A stretch of DNA of 19,280 bases from Candidatus Heimdallarchaeota archaeon (GTDB lineage: Archaea; Asgardarchaeota; Heimdallarchaeia; JABLTI01): positions 1-19,280 of the forward strand of contig JAHLVW010000054.1 of NCBI GenBank assembly GCA_019058275.1. Reading direction: 5' to 3'. The notes below the pieces were generated by a model. The model saw nothing but the letters and a program-made list of their open reading frames with translations, had not been told where the DNA came from and made no database searches. Shown one piece after another: positions 10,627 through 17,518 of this stretch. Position 1 is the stretch's first letter; the number at the start of each line of letters is the position of its first letter. The translations under genes were made by a program, and so were the position numbers.

Positions 10627-11580
10627 TTATTCATCAGCATATTCTAATTGTACTTCCATTTCTGGTTCCGGGTTTATTTCCTTAACCCAAGCTAATACCC
10701 ACTTTCTGAAAAATGATTGAGCTAAAACAATCGAGATTATAGCTGGAACTATGAGAAAGAACACTGACAAAGTAATTGCCTGAGGATGACTTACTTCAAT
10801 ACCTCCAGTATTCAAATTCTCCAAAAGTGTAATAATATCACTTAGAGAGATTCCTGCCATCAGTGAACTAAAAGCAAAATGCACTATTAGAACAATTGGT
10901 GTTAATATTACAGAGTAACGATAGAGAAAGAAGAAGAAGAAGGAAGTAACGAGAAACAGCAAACCAATGACTAAGATGGACCATTCAGTCGCGAAAAGCT
11001 GCATAGCACCTGTTAAAAAGATCAACCAGAAAGCTGTTAGTTTGAAACGAACTAAAGATTCCTCAGAAAAAGCATAAACTCTTGTTGGTACTGATTCAAA
11101 ATTAGCAAGAAAATAGAGGAGAATAGAAAGTAACAAACTGATTCCCAAAATTAAGGAATAAAGCGGTGTTAGATCTCGCATAAATGGTGCTTGATAAATT
11201 TGAGTGACTCCTAAAGAGACTATTTGTAGGTAGAGTAGGAAAACAGTTGCATAACCAATGATTTGCACTTTACGATCATCTGTAATGAAAGCAGAGAATC
11301 TAGATTCCTTATAATTAAAAGAGGATAAGAATAACAGTAAAATGGAAATGAAAGCAAAAAGGGAAAGAACGGAAAGTAACCAACCAAAGAACAGTTGATA
11401 GCCCATTGCCCTTGAATAAGTATTAGTATCAAAATAAGGCATTACTAGAAATAAGACAGACAAAACAAGTTCAATAATCATAATCAAAGGAAAAATAGTT
11501 AATCGAAAAAACTTCAGCTTGATACTTTCATTAATCATGGAATTATTGCTCCTTAAATAATCATAAGATGATATAGACAT
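10627..11580 (-). CDS. Polytopic membrane protein of unknown function (about 8 TM)
   Basis: 317-aa highly hydrophobic ORF with an acidic C-terminal tail; start uncertain (second ATG 13 codons in). Confidence 0.75.
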   Translation of the reverse strand: MSISSYDYLRSNNSMINESIKLKFFRLTIFPLIMIIELVLSVLFLVMPYFDTNTYSRAMGYQLFFGWLLSVLSLFAFISILLLFLSSFNYKESRFSAFITDDRKVQIIGYATVFLLYLQIVSLGVTQIYQAPFMRDLTPLYSLILGISLLLSILLYFLANFESVPTRVYAFSEESLVRFKLTAFWLIFLTGAMQLFATEWSILVIGLLFLVTSFFFFFLYRYSVILTPIVLIVHFAFSSLMAGISLSDIITLLENLNTGGIEVSHPQAITLSVFFLIVPAIISIVLAQSFFRKWVLAWVKEINPEPEMEVQLEYADE

Positions 11581-11984
11581 TCTAAAGAGTCTTTCTACGA
11601 ATTATTAAAAACTAGCAAAACCAAATCTGAACAAGAAAACTATCAAAAACATTGGATTTTACTCTTTTTTGGATGTTTTAAAAGAAAAAATGATAGAGAA
11701 TACTTGAAAAAAACGATTAAAATTGCTGGGGAGAATGATCACTTTTTACATGAACAGTTTATTCATTAAAAATGCATAACTTTCTTTTTATAATTGCAAA
11801 GTTTTTTTTGCCTGAGAAGTTTACAGAAAATTTTTCTCCTTGGAAAAAGTTTCTTAGGTTTTTATCTTACTTCTTTGGCGAGATTTTTGTTTTTAATTCC
11901 GACAAAAAAGAGATTTTGAGAAAATAAGGATTTGTATGCAATTTAAAGTGAAAACAAGGAAAGAAAAGTCAACGTAAGTAAGCC

Positions 11985-12031
11985 TTTTGATATATCTTTG
12001 AGAGTATATAATTAAGAACAACACTGAGGGT
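11985..12031 (+). promoter_or_regulatory. Candidate TATA elements and Shine-Dalgarno for the 361-aa gene
   Basis: TTTTGATATAT at 11985-11995, TATATAAT at 12005-12012, and GAGGGT 9 nt before ATG 12041. Confidence 0.4.
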
Positions 12032-12040
12032 ATAGAAAAA

Positions 12041-13126
12041 ATGTCTAAAAATACGGTTAACTACTCAACTGAAAACTTTTCTGTAAATAGATTACCGGTG
12101 GGAATAGACTTCTCTAAAACAAATGTCATAAATTTACAAGAAAATGTGGGAAATAATAAAGAGAATTTTGATAAGGAAATTAGAGCTGAGCTTGTAAGTT
12201 TTAATAGGGTTGATAAAAGTGTTAGGCCATATAGAAGTAAAATTTCACTCGGTTCATACATCTCCAAAGAAAACCTACAAAAAATCCTGAAGAAGGAACA
12301 AAAAGATAGAAGCTACTTTGGAATGTTAGAATATGTAAGAAAGAACGATAGAACAACCATTGCTATCAGAGAGGATTTTGATCTCTTACGAGATTTCTTC
12401 CCATCCGAATTAGTTATGGAAGTTGAAGATTTCTGTTATAGAAGCATTTCTAAAGTGGAGAAAGCTATTATCGAAAGAGGGGACAAGAAGCTAACTCCAA
12501 GAAAGAGAAGAGGATACATCTTGGCAGTCTTTCGATCAGTTTGCAGAAAAAATGGCAGAAGATTTACTGAAGAACTACTGGAGGAAATTAATAACCGATT
12601 TGATTACGAACGAAGAATCAAAATATTCGAAGTTTGTAAAGCGGAAAATGACTTGATAGGTTGGAATTTAATCACTAAAAAACCGGAGAAGGCACTTAAT
12701 GATTTACGAGTCTTTTACTTGAATGTTATAAATAATATTAATCGGTTAAAAAGCGACCCAATAATTGCCAATAACAAAGAAAATATGGAAATTGTTACTA
12801 TAACACAAAAGTTCATCACCGATTTTACAACAGCAAAAGACAAGAAGAAAGAACTTACAAAATTAATTAAGCACCAAGATCTTGATTTTGCCTCGAGGCT
12901 CATTATTTGGGTAATTGCAAAACATTTCGCTCAAGAAAAACATAATTTGAATTTTAAAAATCCAGAAGAAGTTCCTGGTTGGTCAACACTGTTCTTAGTC
13001 GAAAGTCCAGATATTGCTGAAAAAAAGGAGCCAATTCCAATTCGATCGATGAAATACATTTTCTGGGCATCGTTTAGCTTACGTAATAAATTAAAAGAAT
13101 GCAAATTACATCCAGAGGATAAATGA
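12041..13126 (+). CDS. Hypothetical protein; possible highly divergent TFB/TFIIB cyclin-fold protein without zinc ribbon
   Basis: The long ORF with an SD is clearly a gene. KLTPRKRRGYILAVFRSVCRKNGRRFTEELLEEI resembles TFB repeat 1 and DFASRLIIWVIAK resembles repeat 2. The family assignment is by eye only. Confidence 0.45.
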   Translation: MSKNTVNYSTENFSVNRLPVGIDFSKTNVINLQENVGNNKENFDKEIRAELVSFNRVDKSVRPYRSKISLGSYISKENLQKILKKEQKDRSYFGMLEYVRKNDRTTIAIREDFDLLRDFFPSELVMEVEDFCYRSISKVEKAIIERGDKKLTPRKRRGYILAVFRSVCRKNGRRFTEELLEEINNRFDYERRIKIFEVCKAENDLIGWNLITKKPEKALNDLRVFYLNVINNINRLKSDPIIANNKENMEIVTITQKFITDFTTAKDKKKELTKLIKHQDLDFASRLIIWVIAKHFAQEKHNLNFKNPEEVPGWSTLFLVESPDIAEKKEPIPIRSMKYIFWASFSLRNKLKECKLHPEDK

Positions 13127-13170
13127 TCAAAAGTAACTGATAAAATGAATTAAAATTAGATTGTGTAAAG

Positions 13171-13203
13171 AAGGGATGTGTTTTTTTAACCGTTCCTTTT
13201 TTT
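13171..13203 (+). terminator. Hairpin plus T-tract downstream of the 361-aa gene
   Basis: AAGGGATG (13171-78) pairs with CGTTCCTT (13191-98) with two GU pairs, followed by a T run; another T7 run lies in the loop. Confidence 0.5.
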
Positions 13204-13236
13204 CTGGACCGATATTCCAATGGTGATTGAAATTGT

Positions 13237-13386
13237 TTATCCCTAGCAAGTCACCGCAACGAGTCCGTTGGTGTGGGTCATCTCTGGTCCTCCGCTAGGA
13301 ACAGTTGAGCGGAGGGTTCCCATCTCCTTATAGGGGATAAGGCTGTTGGTGGCATGAAAAATTCTTTTGGTTTTATTATTCATGCC
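13237..13386 (+). ncRNA. Candidate structured non-coding RNA, family unassigned
   Basis: 62 of 110 bases are G+C at 13241-13350, in a very AT-rich intergenic context. Several stems are present, including CCTCCGCT/AGCGGAGG, CAACG/CGTTG, ATCTCCT/AGGGGAT and GTCACC/GGTGGC. GU wobbles favour the + strand. Confidence 0.45.
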
Positions 13387-13570
13387 TTTCTCTTTGAAAA
13401 TAAATGGAATCACTAGTTATCAATACTTTTTCTTCAGTGATTCCTGAAAGTATTCCTTCTAATCCTTCGCTCCTTTTCAAGCGTTCTCTTAAAACAAACC
13501 TCAATGTCCTAATTGTCTATAAAAAGCGTCAAGTGTTGATACCCCTTCTTTTAAATCAAAAAATAGTTCT

Positions 13571-13894
13571 CTAATGCTTCTTTTTAACAGAACGAATGAA
13601 ATCTAACTTCTTGCTAGTAATAGCTTTCTTTTCTACTGCTTCTTTGAACTTCTTGTTCATTAATTGCAATATTTGTCTGGAAGTTTCTGCTTCAACATTG
13701 TGTTTAGCTAGGATTTTTTTAGTACTAACTAAACTATAAGCTTCTTGATGAGAAATTTGTCTTTCTAAAGTTTCTAACATTTCATTTGTAAAGGTACTTT
13801 TGAAGAACAATAAAACACCTCGAATAATAGGTTCTGGAGTACCTGATACAGTATTCATGAAATCTTGGAAGTAATCATTTTCTTGTGCTGCCAT
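13571..13894 (-). CDS. Small hypothetical protein (107 aa, helical, basic C-terminus)
   Basis: Canonical archaeal SD GGTGA 6 nt before the ATG; natural amino-acid composition; AT-rich promoter-like upstream region. Confidence 0.75.
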   Translation of the reverse strand: MAAQENDYFQDFMNTVSGTPEPIIRGVLLFFKSTFTNEMLETLERQISHQEAYSLVSTKKILAKHNVEAETSRQILQLMNKKFKEAVEKKAITSKKLDFIRSVKKKH

Positions 13895-13981
13895 ATTTTA
13901 TCACCAAATTTTATGTAAGTTGTAAGATTGTTTTAATGTAATATATTAAATTCTTAACTAATCTCTTAAAAGATTTGTCTT

Positions 13982-14035
13982 ACTTTCGAAAGTTCCTTTT
14001 TGCTAAATTTTAGCTTATTTTATAGCTAAAATTTA
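13982..14035. promoter_or_regulatory. Operator-like palindrome and inverted repeat
   Basis: Perfect palindrome ACTTTCGAAAGT (13982-93) and perfect 12-bp inverted repeat TAAATTTTAGCT-N8-AGCTAAAATTTA (14004-14035). Confidence 0.4.
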
Positions 14036-14113
14036 ACTTATCTGGATATTTAGTATGTGAAAAGATTAAATAAATATTTGATAAATCTCATTTTTTCATT
14101 ATTTGATGTAACA

Positions 14114-14305
14114 GTGAGATTTTTAAAGCGATTGCAAGAAGGATTGAAACATTCAGAGATTGGTGAAAAGGCTTTCATTGTCGCCCCCCGGCATTGAACT
14201 CCTTTACAAGACCATCTCTGGAAATTGAGCTGTAAAAGATATATTCTTTTTGGACTACTTGTCCCTCTTCTTCGAGGGACATTAGCCATTTTTGTTACCG
14301 TTTAA
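14114..14305 (+). pseudogene. Possible decayed LuxR/NarL-type HTH fragment
   Basis: The frame reads VRFLKRLQEGLKHSEIGEKAFIVAPRH*TPLQDHLWKLSCKR..., colinear with the LuxR pattern L.L...GL...EIAE.LFIS..TV.TH...I..KL; internal TGA at 14195. Confidence 0.25.
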
Positions 14306-14443
14306 TTCTTAATGAGCATAACATACGTGCTACCCGTCTAAATTTTAATTTCTTGAACTTCTTCAACTGATATACAAGCTGTTGAGAATTACCAGAGAAA
14401 CAATTAAAATAGGATTAACTAAAAGTACAACGAAGTGATTAAA

Positions 14444-15211
14444 ATGGGCATATACAAAGATCTCAAGGGAAAGAGAGTCGTCATAACTGGTGGAGCAAGT
14501 GGGATTGGTTTTGCAACTGCTAAGCGTTTTGTAGATGAAAAAGCAAATGTCGTTATCATTGATTGGAATCAAGAAGAGCTCAATCGTGTATTAGCAACTA
14601 TTCCTGAACTCAAGGGAGGAGTGCATGCTGATGTGAGCAATCCAAAAGATGTCGAAAATGCCTTCAAGAAAGTAGATGAACTTATTGAAGGAATTGACAT
14701 ACTGATATCTAATGCTGGGATAAGCTTTCGCAAGCCATTTTTGAAGATAGACTATGAGCAATGGTCAAAAGTTCTTCGGGTTAATCTAGATGGGATGTTC
14801 TTATGTGCGAAAGAAGCTATAGAGAGAATGAAAAAACAACGTTCTGGAGTCGTTTTATTAACAGCATCTACAAATGGAATTGAAGGACATTCATTATATG
14901 CTGATTACAATAGCTCGAAAGCAGGAGTAATCCTTTTGACAAAAACGTTAGCATTAGAATTTGCTCCATGGTTAAGAGTAAATGCAGTAAGTCCAGGTTA
15001 TGTACTAACAGCAATGCAAAAGGCTGAATATACACCAGAAATGCTTGAGGCAGTCAATTCAAAGATTCCTTTGAATCGTCATGCTGAACCAGAAGAAGTT
15101 GCAAGCTTATTCGCGTTTTTGGCTTCATCTGAAGCAGCATATATTACTGGGCAATCAATAGCTATCGATGGTGGAGAAACAGCTGGTCCATACACACCTA
15201 TAGATGAATGA
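14444..15211 (+). CDS. Short-chain dehydrogenase/reductase (classical SDR, probably NAD-dependent)
   Basis: TGGASGIG, acidic residue after beta2 (IIDWN), SNAG, catalytic YNSSK, VNAVSPG, DGG; ATG 14444 or GTG 14435. Confidence 0.95.
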   Translation: MGIYKDLKGKRVVITGGASGIGFATAKRFVDEKANVVIIDWNQEELNRVLATIPELKGGVHADVSNPKDVENAFKKVDELIEGIDILISNAGISFRKPFLKIDYEQWSKVLRVNLDGMFLCAKEAIERMKKQRSGVVLLTASTNGIEGHSLYADYNSSKAGVILLTKTLALEFAPWLRVNAVSPGYVLTAMQKAEYTPEMLEAVNSKIPLNRHAEPEEVASLFAFLASSEAAYITGQSIAIDGGETAGPYTPIDE

Positions 15212-15249
15212 ATAATAACAATTCAAAAACTTTAGGAGATAGAAAAACT

Positions 15250-16041
15250 ATGAATAAAAAGAATGAACGAATTAATGATCTTGTTTCCCTGGATGGGAAA
15301 GTAGCAGTGGTTACTGGAGGAGCTTCTGGTATTGGTTTAGCAACAGCTAAGCTTCTAGCAGAAGTAGGTGCTACTTTAGCTTTACTAGATATCAATGATT
15401 CAGCAGGAAAAGAAGCAGAGAAGCAAATTAGAGAATTAGGTGGAAAAACAAAATACTACAATTGTAATGTAACTTCGGATTCCGACTGCAAGAAATCAGT
15501 TGAAGCAATCCACAAAGAGTTTGGAAAAATAGATATACTCTTTAACAATGCAGGGGTGATGAGACGCAAAAATGTTTTGGATTTAGAGGAATCAGAATGG
15601 GATCTAATGATTGATGTTAACTTAAAATCAATCTATCTGCTTTCTCGACATGTAATCCCAATCATGATTAAAGGTAAAGGTGGGAGTATTATTAACAACG
15701 GTTCTGGTTGGGCTCTACATGGTGGACCAAATGCGGTAGCTTATTGTGCAGCAAAAGGAGGAGTTCTGAACATGACTCGAGCAATGGCCATAGATCATGG
15801 AAAGGATGGTATACGTGTTAATTGTATCTGCCCAGGTGATGTTGATACTCCCCTTTTACGAGGAGAAGCAAAACAATTAGGTGTTGACGAAGAAGAATTC
15901 ATGAAAGAAGCTGCTGATCGTCCGCTCAATCGCGTAGGGGCACCTCGAGATATTGCTCAAGCAGTTCTTTATCTTGCTAGTGACCTTTCAAGTTGGGTAA
16001 CTGGCACATTCTTACTTGTTGATGGTGGAGGTTTAGCATAG
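15250..16041 (+). CDS. Short-chain dehydrogenase/reductase (classical SDR, probably NAD-dependent)
   Basis: TGGASGIG, LLDIN, NNAG, YCAAK, IRVNCICPG, VDGG. ATG 15250 follows AGGAG; the alternative start 15208 overlaps the upstream stop. Confidence 0.95.
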   Translation: MNKKNERINDLVSLDGKVAVVTGGASGIGLATAKLLAEVGATLALLDINDSAGKEAEKQIRELGGKTKYYNCNVTSDSDCKKSVEAIHKEFGKIDILFNNAGVMRRKNVLDLEESEWDLMIDVNLKSIYLLSRHVIPIMIKGKGGSIINNGSGWALHGGPNAVAYCAAKGGVLNMTRAMAIDHGKDGIRVNCICPGDVDTPLLRGEAKQLGVDEEEFMKEAADRPLNRVGAPRDIAQAVLYLASDLSSWVTGTFLLVDGGGLA

Positions 16042-16092
16042 AACAAATGTTCTACTAATAGGTAAATGTGTTTTTTATTGGAGGATCAAGAT

Positions 16093-17487
16093 ATGAATAA
16101 GAAAAAAATAGTTCATCCTTATATTCCGAATTCAGTACCTGAAGTAAAAGCAAAAATGCTAGAAGAAATCGGTGTTAAGGATATTGAGTCATTTTATGGG
16201 GATATACCTGAGAGCTTGAGGTTTAAGGGTGAAATGAAATTACCAAAACCTTTCCCCTCAGAATATGCTCTTGAACGACATGTAATGAATATTCTAGCAA
16301 AAAACAAGACATGTCAAGAATACCTAAGTTTCTTAGGAGGAGACTGTTGGCAACACTACGTTCCAGCAATATGTGATGAAATTAATAGTCGCTCTGAGCT
16401 TTTAACAGCATACGCAGGTGAACCATATGAGGATCATGGAAGGTTTCAAACATTATTTGAGTATGCTAGTATGATGGGCGAACTTCTGGATATGGATGTT
16501 GTGAATGTTCCAACCTATGATTGGGGACAAGCAGCTAGTACCTCAATAAGGATGGCTGGAAGAATTACAGGTCGTAAAGAAATTCTCATTGCAAAAAGCA
16601 TTTCTCCTGATAGACTCGCAATAATTCAAAACTATTGTAGGCCTGTCGTTAAAGTTAAACTAATTGATTATGATAAGAAGACTGGTGAATTAGATCTTGA
16701 GGATCTGAAAGCTAAGATATCACCAAGAACAGCTGGAATTTACTTTGAAAATCCATCTCATCTTGGCTGTATAGAAAGTCAAGGTAAAACTATTGCAGAG
16801 ATTGCCCACAAACATGGAGCATTAAGTATTGTAGGAACGGACCCAATTACCTTGGGCATTCTTACACCTCCAAGCAATTATGGAGCAGATATCGTTTGTG
16901 GTGATGTACAGTCACTGGGTATGCACATGCAATATGGTGGTGGACTTGCTGGTTTTATTGCTACAAGAGATGAAGAGAAATATGTTATGGAATATCCTTC
17001 AAGACTTTTTGGAATTACTCCAACTATTGTAGAAGGTGAATATGGATTCGGTGACGTAACATATGATCGAACATCCTTCCATGATAGAGTGGAAGGAAAA
17101 GAGTTCATTGGTACTTGTGCAGCACTTTGGGGTATAACTGCGGGAGTATATTTAGCACTGGCAGGATCTCAAGGAATGCAAGAATTAGGGCAATTGATTT
17201 TACAAAAATCGCAATATGCTATGAAGAAAATATCAGAGATTAAGGGAGTAAAAATACCATTCCTAAAATCTCCACATTTCAAAGAGTTTGTCGTGGATTT
17301 CAGTGCTACTGGAAAAACTGTAAAAGAAGTGAATAAATCATTACTGAAGAAAGGTATTTTTGGAGGTAAAGATATTTCTAGTGAATTCCCAGAATTAGGG
17401 AATTGTGCTGTCTATTGTGTAACAGAAATACACACGAAGGAGGATATTGACAAATTAGCTCAAGCATTGGCTGAATGTTTGAATTAA
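16093..17487 (+). CDS. gcvPA: Glycine cleavage system P protein subunit 1-like (divergent)
   Basis: HPYIP, SFLGG, HYVP, FQTLFEY.SM, YD.G.A, GADIVCGD.QSLG, YGG, P.RL.G, VTE motifs; ATG 16093 follows GAGG. Confidence 0.85.
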   Translation: MNKKKIVHPYIPNSVPEVKAKMLEEIGVKDIESFYGDIPESLRFKGEMKLPKPFPSEYALERHVMNILAKNKTCQEYLSFLGGDCWQHYVPAICDEINSRSELLTAYAGEPYEDHGRFQTLFEYASMMGELLDMDVVNVPTYDWGQAASTSIRMAGRITGRKEILIAKSISPDRLAIIQNYCRPVVKVKLIDYDKKTGELDLEDLKAKISPRTAGIYFENPSHLGCIESQGKTIAEIAHKHGALSIVGTDPITLGILTPPSNYGADIVCGDVQSLGMHMQYGGGLAGFIATRDEEKYVMEYPSRLFGITPTIVEGEYGFGDVTYDRTSFHDRVEGKEFIGTCAALWGITAGVYLALAGSQGMQELGQLILQKSQYAMKKISEIKGVKIPFLKSPHFKEFVVDFSATGKTVKEVNKSLLKKGIFGGKDISSEFPELGNCAVYCVTEIHTKEDIDKLAQALAECLN

Positions 17488-17518
17488 GGAGAAGCAAAAC
17501 ATAAAGGATGAATTTACC

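Noticed and set aside
13214-13226. Mini-ORB-like TTCCAATGG suggesting a replication origin
   Set aside because: Single partial copy, no G-string and no cdc6/orc1 in the window
13250-13323. Superficial similarity to a c-di-GMP-I riboswitch (GUCAC..GUGGG..CCUCCG..AGCGG.GGUU)
   Set aside because: It lacks the GCAAA motifs, the GNRA tetraloop and its receptor, and there is no downstream sense gene
13270-13328. Fluoride (crcB) riboswitch-like start on the minus strand: GGAGAUGGGAACCCUCC...AAC...GAUGACCC
   Set aside because: The pseudoknot strands (GGGAA versus ACCCA) pair poorly, a stronger competing hairpin exists, and no gene lies downstream on that strand
13237-13356. tRNA, tRNA-Sec, 5S rRNA, SRP or RNase P identity for the GC-rich island
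   Set aside because: I found no TTCRA T-loop cloverleaf, no 5S CCGAAC/GUUAAG motifs, no SRP helix-8 motif and no RNase P GAGGAAAGUCC
13244-13384. 46-codon minus-strand ORF MNNKTKRIFHATNSLIP...VAVTC
   Set aside because: Short, with no recognisable motif; better explained as a by-product of locally high GC
14180-14200. tRNA 3'-end-like fragment (possible att site) on the minus strand
   Set aside because: The spacing does not fit a T-arm plus acceptor stem, there is no CCA, and no integrase is nearby
14152-14225. Glycine riboswitch upstream of the gcvP-like genes
   Set aside because: Only CTCTGGA and CGCC fragments are present; the conserved GGAGA, CCGAAG and CUCUCAGG elements are missing
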